The notes under the pieces are model-generated. The model made no database searches and was not told the DNA's origin. It was given only the letters and a program-made list of their open reading frames with translations. A stretch of DNA of 64,000 bases from positions 121,429-185,428 of the forward strand of contig CAWDPR010000004.1 in the NCBI GenBank assembly GCA_963804305.1, read 5' to 3'. Every line of letters begins with the position of its first letter. Within the stretch, counting starts at the first letter, position 1. The position numbers and the translations under genes were made by a program. This DNA comes from an uncultured Acidimicrobiaceae bacterium. Lineage in GTDB: Bacteria > Actinomycetota > Acidimicrobiia > Acidimicrobiales > RAAP-2. Positions 1-8,317 of this stretch are shown here, piece by piece.

Positions 1-1
1 C

Positions 2-2887
2 GCGACCGACGGACATGGCAACTTGCTCTACTCATGGAGCGGAACGGGACAGACCGGCCAAGGAGCAAGTGACTGTCCGTTCCTCCCCGCCATGGCGACG
101 ACTGCCGGCTACGACGGCTTCGACTACGCAGGTCCGAATACCTCGTTCAGCAATTTCTCGAGTGCCGATGACTACCACTCGGGCAACGTCAACTTCCCCG
201 CCGGTTTAGCGGACGGTTCGAGCACGTACTTCAGTCTCGAGAACATTCTCTGCGCGTCCGGCCTCTCGTTCCCGGCCAGTTTCAATGTCACGAAGACCAC
301 GACGTCGCTGGGCGTGACCGCCGGATCGACGACGCCGATCGACTACACCCTGTCCGCACAGAACCTCGGTGCGGTCGTCGGCAACGTGACCGTGACCGAT
401 GCAGCCCCGGCGGGGACGTCGTACGTCGCGGACTCTGCGCAGTGTTCTGCCGTCGTCGCACCCGAAACGTGCACCGTCGCAGACAATGGCGGAACGCTCA
501 CGTGGACGCTGACCAACGTGCCCGGTGGTGCGTCGGCGACGCTCACGTTCTCCGTCACCGTTCCCATTGGCTATGCCAGTCCAACCGTCGGCAACACCGC
601 GTCGTGGAGCGGACCCGGTTGCGCGACGTCGGCGTGTTCGACGAACTCCGTCTCGACGCCGGTGACGCCGGCATCATTCACCTTGACCTACAACGCTGAG
701 ACTGGTGGATCGGTCAATGGCAACACACTCCAAACGGTCGACTACGGACTTAACGGCACGGCGGTGACCGCGGTCGCTTCACCGGGCTATTACTTCACGG
801 GTTGGAGCGACTCGGACGCCAATGCGGGACGCACCGACGACGACATCACCTCGAACCTGACGGTCACCGCGGACTTCGCTCCCCTTACGAGCAGCGTCAG
901 TACTTGGGTGTGGGCCAACGGCGGACCGGTGACCGGCGACCTGCTCGCTGGCGTCGTCGTCTCGGACTCCGCGTCCATCTCGGTCAATCAGAGCTCCATG
1001 CCGGGCGGGACCGTGACCTTCACGTTGTACTCCGGTGGCTGGTGCAATCTGAGCACGGGGGTCGCCAGTGGGGGCACGGCGACCGCCGACTCACCGATAA
1101 CCGTCCCGGTCAGTGGCGGCAGCGCCACCTCAGGCAACTTCGCACCGCTCAGCCCGGGTCGCTACTACTTCGTCGCTACCTACAGCGGCGACGGGAACTA
1201 TCCAGCCGCCACCGGCCCGTGTGAGCCGATCCGCGTGTGTCCCGCACCCGAGAGTTCGACGAGCACCACCGTGAATGCCAACGGTTCGCCCATCGGAACT
1301 GGACCAATTAAGACCGAGGACTCGATCACCGATACAGCGAACGTCACTGGCAACGAAGAGGCCACCGCGACAGGAATGGTGACCTTCACCCTGTATTCGG
1401 GAGGATCGTGCGACCAGGGTGTCGGATCGGGCGGGACCCAGGTGGGCTCCCCCTTCACGGCTTCGTTGGACATGAATGGCAGCGCGACGTCGTCAACCTT
1501 CAAGTGGCTCGCACCTGGCACCTACTACTTCGAAGCCACGTACCTCGGCGACGGAATCGACCCGCCGTCGAACGGACCCTGCGAGCCGTTCATCGTCGTC
1601 CCCTGTCCTGAGGCCGTGGTCACGACGACTGTCTGGTCCGGCGCCAATGTCGTGACCACACCGCTCGCCCAACCGGCCACCGTCACCGACGAAGTGAACG
1701 TGGCCGGCAACCAGAGTGAAACACCGACCGGGAACGTCACGTTCACGCTCTACGCAGGTGGGTCCTGCAACAACGGGCAGATCGCCTCCAATGGGACGCA
1801 GGTCGGCACGTCATCGACTGGGCCAATCGATGGGAACGGCGACGCCACCTCCCCTACTTTCAGTGGTCTCAACGCGGGCAACTACTACTTCGTCGTGAGC
1901 TACGCGGGCGATGGTGTCTATCCGTCCTCGACCGGTAATTGTGAGCCCTTCACTGTCTGTCCGCCACCACAAAGCTGGACGACGACCGTGGTGAACTCGA
2001 ATGGTGCGCCCATCGTCGCGACGACGCTCGGCATCGGCGCCTCGGTCTCTGATACCGCGACCGTCACCGACACGGGCAACAACAATCCGACCGGTTCGGT
2101 CGAGTTCACCTTGTACGTGGGCGGGACTTGCAACGGACAAGGACCTGGGTCGGGCGGCACCGTGGTGGGAACGGATACTGAACCGCTCGATGCGAGCGGC
2201 TCCGCGACGTCGATCACCTTCGGACCTCTCTCCGCGCCCGGTTCGTACTATTTCGTCGGGGTGTACAGCGGAAGCGGGGCCGCGTCCTATCCGGGATCGA
2301 CGGGGAACTGCGAACCGTTCTCCGTCAGTTCACAGTCAACGACCACGACCTCGACGACTTCCTCCTCATCCACGACGTCCTCCATTCCCTTCACCACGAC
2401 GTCGATGCCGACGACACCAACGACCGTGAATGGATCGACCACGACCACCTCGTCGACACCGACGTCGACGACTTCAACGAGTACGCCCGCCTCGACGACC
2501 TCCACCAGTTCACCCACGTCGACAACCTCCACGACATCCTCGACGTCATCGACGACCACCACATCTACGATGCCGGTGACCTCGACGACGATGCCAACGA
2601 CGCCGTCGGGCACGACGTCCACGACAACGAGTTCGACCACAACGTCGACATCGACGACCACCAGTTCCGTGCCGACGATTTCGTCGACTACGACGTTCAT
2701 CAGTGGCCCTCCGACGACGCCTCCGCACATCCCTCCGGCGACGATTCCATCCGGGGCCCCGGGTACCGGTCTCGGAGGTTCGGCAACCTCTTCGATCAAC
2801 GGTGGCGCACTCATCGTGAGCATCTTGTCCCTCTTCTTTGGCATCGCCGGTCTCGGCCTCGTGCTGCGACGTCGTCGTCGCGCGTAG
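2..2887 (+). CDS. Cell-surface protein, probably 5'-partial at the window edge. Contains a DUF11-like domain, an InlB-B/Listeria-Bacteroides-type repeat, four tandem Ig-like modules, a Ser/Thr-rich stalk and a C-terminal sorting signal.
   Basis: The frame is open back to base 2 and no signal peptide follows the first start (TTG at 23). FTLTYNAETGG...GYYFTGWSD resembles the Listeria-Bacteroides repeat. There are four ~120-aa repeats, each with TFTLY.GG.C ... G.CEP. The C-terminus is APGTG + spacer + hydrophobic helix + RRRRRA. A sortase gene follows 13 bp downstream. Confidence 0.8.
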   Translation, partial: ATDGHGNLLYSWSGTGQTGQGASDCPFLPAMATTAGYDGFDYAGPNTSFSNFSSADDYHSGNVNFPAGLADGSSTYFSLENILCASGLSFPASFNVTKTTTSLGVTAGSTTPIDYTLSAQNLGAVVGNVTVTDAAPAGTSYVADSAQCSAVVAPETCTVADNGGTLTWTLTNVPGGASATLTFSVTVPIGYASPTVGNTASWSGPGCATSACSTNSVSTPVTPASFTLTYNAETGGSVNGNTLQTVDYGLNGTAVTAVASPGYYFTGWSDSDANAGRTDDDITSNLTVTADFAPLTSSVSTWVWANGGPVTGDLLAGVVVSDSASISVNQSSMPGGTVTFTLYSGGWCNLSTGVASGGTATADSPITVPVSGGSATSGNFAPLSPGRYYFVATYSGDGNYPAATGPCEPIRVCPAPESSTSTTVNANGSPIGTGPIKTEDSITDTANVTGNEEATATGMVTFTLYSGGSCDQGVGSGGTQVGSPFTASLDMNGSATSSTFKWLAPGTYYFEATYLGDGIDPPSNGPCEPFIVVPCPEAVVTTTVWSGANVVTTPLAQPATVTDEVNVAGNQSETPTGNVTFTLYAGGSCNNGQIASNGTQVGTSSTGPIDGNGDATSPTFSGLNAGNYYFVVSYAGDGVYPSSTGNCEPFTVCPPPQSWTTTVVNSNGAPIVATTLGIGASVSDTATVTDTGNNNPTGSVEFTLYVGGTCNGQGPGSGGTVVGTDTEPLDASGSATSITFGPLSAPGSYYFVGVYSGSGAASYPGSTGNCEPFSVSSQSTTTTSTTSSSSTTSSIPFTTTSMPTTPTTVNGSTTTTSSTPTSTTSTSTPASTTSTSSPTSTTSTTSSTSSTTTTSTMPVTSTTMPTTPSGTTSTTTSSTTTSTSTTTSSVPTISSTTTFISGPPTTPPHIPPATIPSGAPGTGLGGSATSSINGGALIVSILSLFFGIAGLGLVLRRRRRA
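892..2335 (+). repeat. Four tandem ~360-bp (120-aa) coding repeats inside the surface-protein gene
   Basis: Repeat boundaries are at about 892, 1255, 1615, 1975 and 2335. Each unit ends in G(P/N)CEP(I/F).V and carries V(T/E)FTLY.GG.C plus YYF...Y.G(D/S)G. Confidence 0.8.
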
Positions 2888-2899
2888 GACGAGAGGGAA

Positions 2900-3742
2900 T
2901 TGGAGCCAGGCTCCGCTACATTGAGCGAGATGACCTCAACCAAGAGGCGGTCATCACTGGTGTGGTGGACGGTGGCATCACTCGTGCTCATCGCGGCGGG
3001 AATCGTCGGGATCATCTTCGTGCCACGAAACGCACCAGTCGGGCCGACGATCATTAGGCCGATCGGCGAGATCACGCTCCCCAAATCGGGGATCGTGATC
3101 CCCGCACACACCTCAACGCCGTCGACGACGACGACCACCGCGACATCGTCCCTCGGCACCACCGATTCTCCTGGCCCTGATCGCTTCTCTCTGACCGCCT
3201 TTAGTGTCGGGTCCACGAATCGGGACGCCGACTCCACGCCAATCCGTTCACGTCGTCATAGTCAATCGCCGACCTACGTTGCCAAACCCGTAGCTCGCTC
3301 GGTGCCGGTGCACCTGGAAATATCGAAGATCGGCGTGTCGGTAGGCCTGTCGGTCCTCGGACTGAACAGCAAAGGAACGGTTGACGTCCCGACCAACTTT
3401 CAAGTCCCAGGCTGGTACAAGGGCGGTCGGTCACCGGGCCAACGAGGTTCGGCGGTGATACTCGGTCACGTCGACAGTTTGAATGGGCCGGCCGTCTTCT
3501 ACAAACTCGACAAACTGGGCTTGGGAAACCGCGTGGACGTGACGCTGCGAAATGGGAAGAAGTTGGTGTTCGCGGTTATCGGCGTGCGCATGTACGAGAA
3601 GACCAATTTTCCGGACAAGCTCGTCTATGGCAACCGTGACTACCCGGCGCTTCAGCTCGTCACGTGCGGGGGCATATTCGACCCGAGCACCGGTCACTAC
3701 CTTTCGAACATCGTCGTCTTCACGGCAATGATCAAGTCATAG
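2900..3742 (+). CDS. Sortase family transpeptidase (class E/F-like), membrane anchored
   Basis: N-terminal TM helix (VWWTVASLVLIAAGIVGIIF). Catalytic His context is AVILGHVDS and catalytic Cys context is LQLVTCGG. An alternative ATG start lies at 2930. Confidence 0.85.
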   Translation: MEPGSATLSEMTSTKRRSSLVWWTVASLVLIAAGIVGIIFVPRNAPVGPTIIRPIGEITLPKSGIVIPAHTSTPSTTTTTATSSLGTTDSPGPDRFSLTAFSVGSTNRDADSTPIRSRRHSQSPTYVAKPVARSVPVHLEISKIGVSVGLSVLGLNSKGTVDVPTNFQVPGWYKGGRSPGQRGSAVILGHVDSLNGPAVFYKLDKLGLGNRVDVTLRNGKKLVFAVIGVRMYEKTNFPDKLVYGNRDYPALQLVTCGGIFDPSTGHYLSNIVVFTAMIKS

Positions 3743-4330
3743 GCGTTTACGCCGCGCACGATCATTCCACTTCCCAAAATTTGGCCACATTTCTGTCGCA
3801 CCATCAATGCGCAGTCAAAGTCTGAGCAAAATAGAAACAAGTCGCTCGATTTCGCAAATCTGAATGCAACACTCGTCATGCCTCGCATTCACGCGAGGGC
3901 ACTTCTCAGAACTCTCTGAGGTGGACCACCAGCATGCCCTTGCGTGATGGTCCACGTCCCTGAACGATTTTGGAGCGCCTGGAACCACCGTGCCGTCTTT
4001 GTGAAACGGGAGCTGACTCTCCTGATCAGGCCGGGCAATTCTTCGAAAGAACCTCGAGAAGCTGCGCGGCGCACGTGACGCGGACATCGACATGTGTGCA
4101 GACGATGTACGACGTGCGCACCATGTCGCAACATGTCGAGACCGTGATCGTGCAGCTCGAGAATCTCAAACACACGAACGGATCCGTTGAAGCGACTCGT
4201 TGGCGAACATCGACCTTCTGGGGCGTGTCGAACATGAAGCGATGTGTCATAGATCTCCAGGTCCGCTGAGTTGAGCGGATGTTGAGGCGTCGTAGAGAGC
4301 ATCTTGGAATGAGTTTCCGACAATTGCTAC

Positions 4331-5602
4331 ATGCTGAATTTCACGCAGGGGCAAAAAAATCCGGCGGAGCCTTCGCGCCCACGTCAACGTGCGCCGCGAC
4401 GCTTCGTCGTCGTGGGTTCACTTGGGTTCCTCATCGTTGGCGTCGCGTTCAGTACGACCGCGCTGCCGGTGATGGCGAGCACGACGTCACCGGTCACCAC
4501 GATCGCCACAGCGGGTACGACGACCACGACGATCGCCCACATCCACTCGCACGACAACCCCAAGACGCACGCCTCGACACGCCACCACACGGTCGTGACG
4601 ACGCCGCGCAAGCCCGTCATGGTGGCGCACGTCGCACGCACGTCTCGAACCGGTTCGTCACGTACGAGTCCGTCGTCCACCTCGGTGACGACCACGGTCC
4701 CAACGCGGTCGACGGCGCAGCAGTCGTCGACTACGACTATCCCTGTCACGACGTCGACAGTGCCAGCGGTCACCACAACGGTCCCTCCCACGACGACGAC
4801 CACGACGCCGAAGAGCCCGCCAGCGCCGAAGGTGCCCAGCTCAATCGCCAACCCATCCGCCAACATCGCGCCGAATCCAAACTTCCTCCAGACGGGCCAC
4901 TGCACGTTCGCGAACGGCGTGTGGGGATGTGACAATCCCTGTGTCGTGGGAACGGCCACCGCCCTCTCCTGGCCCGGATTCACGAGCGCGGCGGCGTGCA
5001 CCAACTATGTGCTCCAGGCGATCAACAACGCTCGCGCTGTCGAAGGTGTTCGTCCGATGACTCTTCCGAGTAACTGGTTCAGCCTCACCACGGCACAACA
5101 GCTCTTCGTCGTTGCCGACCTCGAGCGCACGGCCCGCGGGCTCCCCGCGTACGTGGGCATCAACGGCGCGCTCTCCGCAAACGCACAACACGCCGCAGCC
5201 ACCAACAACGACCCTTCGGAGGCCGCCGGCTTCGCCATGGGCAATGACGCTCAAGGTTCGCCTGGGTTCGGAGGTGCCTGGTCCGGAGGCTTTACCGTGC
5301 TCGCGGCCGACTACGTCTGGATGTACGACGACGGATGGGCTGGCAGCGTCGCGGCGACCTCGAACGTCGCCTGCACGTCGGCGCACGCTGCCGGATGTTG
5401 GGCCCACCGCGACGAACTACTCGGATCCGATCCCGGCTACAACCCCGGCGTCGGCCTCGGTTGCACCACCTGTGAGATGGGAACGGGCTTCGCGATGGTC
5501 AGCGGTCACGCTTCCTACGCCGACCTCATCGAACTTCCCCAAGGCGCGTTGCCCCCGATGACCTTCACGTGGAACAACAACGTACTTCCCTACCTGAGCT
5601 GA
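4331..5602 (+). CDS. Secreted/anchored Thr-rich protein with a Cys-containing C-terminal domain (possibly CAP/SCP-like)
   Basis: N-terminal TM/signal (FVVVGSLGFLIVGVAFSTTALPVMA) and a long T/S/P-rich linker. The C-terminal ~240 aa contain several Cys and a GCWAHRDELLG motif. The family assignment is tentative. Confidence 0.6.
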   Translation: MLNFTQGQKNPAEPSRPRQRAPRRFVVVGSLGFLIVGVAFSTTALPVMASTTSPVTTIATAGTTTTTIAHIHSHDNPKTHASTRHHTVVTTPRKPVMVAHVARTSRTGSSRTSPSSTSVTTTVPTRSTAQQSSTTTIPVTTSTVPAVTTTVPPTTTTTTPKSPPAPKVPSSIANPSANIAPNPNFLQTGHCTFANGVWGCDNPCVVGTATALSWPGFTSAAACTNYVLQAINNARAVEGVRPMTLPSNWFSLTTAQQLFVVADLERTARGLPAYVGINGALSANAQHAAATNNDPSEAAGFAMGNDAQGSPGFGGAWSGGFTVLAADYVWMYDDGWAGSVAATSNVACTSAHAAGCWAHRDELLGSDPGYNPGVGLGCTTCEMGTGFAMVSGHASYADLIELPQGALPPMTFTWNNNVLPYLS

Positions 5603-5636
5603 ATCGTCCACTTCGAATCGACCGGACCCGTTGGGA

Positions 5637-8309
5637 TCAGTCGGCGGAAGCTCCGCTCGGCGTGGGCGTCGGCGGCGTGTGATGTGGCGCCTCGGGCGAG
5701 TTCGGCCGCAGGTGGAAGTACAGCATGAAGGCCAGCGAACCTAGGGCGAAGGCCGCGAAGGCCGCGAGGAGCGGCACGATCGCGATGTGGTGCAGTTCGC
5801 TCTGACTCCCGCTTCCCGGAGAGAGCAGTACCGCGACGAAGCCGATCAGTCCGATCGTCGTGATCAACATCCACGCCCACTTATTCCATTGGCGTACGTG
5901 ACGTCCAGGGAGGAACGGCAGTGGGAACATGCCAAAGGCGAGACTGGCGAATCCTCCGAGGAATGTCACGTTCAACGCCGGATCCAAGATGAGCCAGAAC
6001 GGTGAAGGCGAATGCGCCGTCGCGGCGTGGAAGACCGGCACCGTCAAGAAGAAGGCGGCCGTGCTCACCGTCAGCACGCAGACCGCGGCGATGGCGTGCA
6101 GTCGTCCCCAGTCCTTCTCGTCGGTGTGCGGTCGAAGAACGAAGACCGCGATGAGGCCGTAGCAGTAACCCGGTGAGAGCCCGAGCGCTCGCGATGCGCT
6201 CACGCACACGACGGCGATGATCATTCCACCCACCAGCACGTGCATGTGGATCTTGCGCTTCTCGCGCAATCCACCAAAGATGATCGGGATCTGCGATGTG
6301 AGCGTCACGATGGCGACGCCGAGACACTGCCCGAGGAACAGCCACAGCGTGGTGCGGTTGAGTCCGAAACCCTTGTCGAGGAATGAGTTGATCAAACCGG
6401 CGAACAGGATGAAGCCGAGGAACAGCATCGTGCCGATCGTCAGGCGACGCGCGAATGACTTCTCGGCCTCGCGGTTGATGAACAGTTTGGGGAATCGCTT
6501 ACGGGCCCTCGCCTGGATGCGCTCTCGGTTCTCGGCGTACGTCGTGTCGAGCCACTCGCTGGGGAACCCGGCGCCGATCAGTCGGCTGACGAGCAGGACC
6601 GCGATGCTGATGCCACCAGAACTGACCAGGTTGCCTTTGATCTGACTCGGGCCAGGCATGGCAACGCTGAATTCCGACAAGTGGTTCTTGGTGACGGTCA
6701 CGTCGAACGGTGTCGACAGCAGATAAGGATGCGAAGTCGTGCACGACAACTCCAAATGGTGGCGTCCGACCGTCGCGTCACCAGGGATGACCAGATGATT
6801 CACGTTGAATCCTGCGCCGGTTTGCGCCACCTCATCGATCAACTTGCTGTCGAAGAACACGTAGACGGGCCGACAAGTGCTCGTGAACGTGCTGTCGCGC
6901 AACGTGATCGCGATCCCCGGTGGTCCGGTCGCCGGCGTCGATTGCAACGCGGACGAGATTCGCAGTGCTGCGCTCGCCTGCGCCGTGGCGCTGCCGTGGT
7001 TGCTCACCGTCTGACCGGTGAACGTGGTCCCCGTCGACGTGCCGTCGGAGCCCGTCGCGGTCACCGACGCTGAGTAGCTACCGGATTTTGCGTAGATGTG
7101 CGACGTCCTCGGGGACTTCGTCGTGGCACTCGTACCATCACCAAATTTCCAGCGATAGCTCGTGATCGTGCCGCCCGACACGGACGATCCGGAGGCATCG
7201 AATTGCGTAGGCTTCCCCGCGGAGGCGGGGACGACACTCAGATGAGCGATCGGGGCCTGTCCGGGCGCGATCGCGATGCCAAAACTCGGTGCACCCACCT
7301 GGACCGCTGCCTCGGGCTGCGGCGGGGTGGTGGCGAGGTTGATCGGCGTGACGGTATTCGTGGCGTTGGCCACGTAGGCCGTCTTGCCGTCAGGCGCAAT
7401 CGCGATGCCGTCGGGCTGGCTCAGACTCCCCACCGACAGCGATGCAGATGCGCTGGCCGGTGACGTGGTCAGGTCGATAGGCGTCACGGTGTTGTCGTTA
7501 TTGGCGGTCAGCGCCATCTTCCCGTCAGGCGTGACGGCGACGCCCAGCGGACCGCCGGGCACGCTGATTGATCCCTTCAGCGACGGAGGGCTTGACGCCA
7601 AATTGATGACCGAGACGATCGAGCCGTTGGCGACGTACGCGGTCGATCCGTCAGGTGCGATGGCGATGGCTTGGGGCGCGGCGCTCACGGGTATGGTCGT
7701 CACGCCGCGCGACGCGGTGTTGATCACGCTCACCGACGTCGCCTCAGAGTTCGACACGCACACGAAGGCGCCGTTAGGGCTCACCGCGATGCTCCAGGGT
7801 CCACTGCCGACGGTGATCGGGGCGCCGGCTTTTGAACTACGAAGGTCGATCGGTGTGACGGTATTGCTGTTGAAATTCGTGACGTACGCCGTGTCACCAC
7901 TCGGTGTGATCGCGATGGCCGCCGGGCCACTGCCCACTTTGATGGGAGTTTCAAATGTGGGAGGACTGGTGCGCAGGTTGATGGGTCGTACCGTGTTGCC
8001 ATCGGAGTTCGTCACGTAAGCGGTCGAGCCATCGGGTGAGATGGCGATGCCGAGGGGTCCATTCAGAGGAGGGTTTGAAGCGTGCAAGACCGTGGCGTGT
8101 GAAGTGGACGCTTCGATCACGGTGACCGTATTCAGGTTGAGATTCGTCACGTAGACGGTCCCGGAGGCGGCGCCTTGGGGAGCCGCGGACGCCGCAGATG
8201 AACTAAGGAAGAACGCCAATGCCGGCGTGAGTAGCATGCACGCCAGTGCCGCCGAAACACGCACGCCCGTCCGGCGACGGCGTTCGTCGGTGTCGGGCGT
8301 ATTTCTCAC
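5637..8309 (-). CDS. Multidomain envelope protein: signal peptide, ~7 YVTN-type beta-propeller repeats, PKD domain, Ig-like domain and a C-terminal polytopic membrane domain
   Basis: Repeated ...DG(S/K)TAYV(T/A)N..(S/N)NTVTPI(D/N)L... units. PKD signature is YRWKFGDGTSATT...HIYAKSGSYSASVTATGSDG. The last ~330 aa hold about 7 hydrophobic helices. Confidence 0.8.
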   Translation of the reverse strand: MRNTPDTDERRRRTGVRVSAALACMLLTPALAFFLSSSAASAAPQGAASGTVYVTNLNLNTVTVIEASTSHATVLHASNPPLNGPLGIAISPDGSTAYVTNSDGNTVRPINLRTSPPTFETPIKVGSGPAAIAITPSGDTAYVTNFNSNTVTPIDLRSSKAGAPITVGSGPWSIAVSPNGAFVCVSNSEATSVSVINTASRGVTTIPVSAAPQAIAIAPDGSTAYVANGSIVSVINLASSPPSLKGSISVPGGPLGVAVTPDGKMALTANNDNTVTPIDLTTSPASASASLSVGSLSQPDGIAIAPDGKTAYVANATNTVTPINLATTPPQPEAAVQVGAPSFGIAIAPGQAPIAHLSVVPASAGKPTQFDASGSSVSGGTITSYRWKFGDGTSATTKSPRTSHIYAKSGSYSASVTATGSDGTSTGTTFTGQTVSNHGSATAQASAALRISSALQSTPATGPPGIAITLRDSTFTSTCRPVYVFFDSKLIDEVAQTGAGFNVNHLVIPGDATVGRHHLELSCTTSHPYLLSTPFDVTVTKNHLSEFSVAMPGPSQIKGNLVSSGGISIAVLLVSRLIGAGFPSEWLDTTYAENRERIQARARKRFPKLFINREAEKSFARRLTIGTMLFLGFILFAGLINSFLDKGFGLNRTTLWLFLGQCLGVAIVTLTSQIPIIFGGLREKRKIHMHVLVGGMIIAVVCVSASRALGLSPGYCYGLIAVFVLRPHTDEKDWGRLHAIAAVCVLTVSTAAFFLTVPVFHAATAHSPSPFWLILDPALNVTFLGGFASLAFGMFPLPFLPGRHVRQWNKWAWMLITTIGLIGFVAVLLSPGSGSQSELHHIAIVPLLAAFAAFALGSLAFMLYFHLRPNSPEAPHHTPPTPTPSGASAD

Positions 8310-8317
8310 GGTGAAAG

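Noticed and set aside
2287-3237. 316-aa minus-strand ORF (poly-Val/Asp-rich) overlapping the surface-protein stalk and the sortase start
   Set aside because: It is the antisense shadow of the Ser/Thr-rich ACN/TCN codon repeats. The translation (VVVVD...) is low-complexity, and the region is already explained by two well-supported plus-strand genes.
3889-4323. 144-aa minus ORF and 99-aa plus ORF (3970-4269) in the low-GC spacer
   Set aside because: The translations are Arg/His/Cys-rich and non-protein-like. There is no SD and the composition is atypical for coding DNA in this genome. The region is kept as a non-coding candidate instead.
3743-4330. Possible c-di-AMP (ydaO-type) riboswitch upstream of a secreted cell-envelope protein
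   Set aside because: Only a weak resemblance (AAUCCGGCGGAGCC) was seen. The conserved GGGGACCCA, GGGGUGAAUC and CCCGAAUCCG blocks were not found by eye. A covariance-model scan is needed before any claim.
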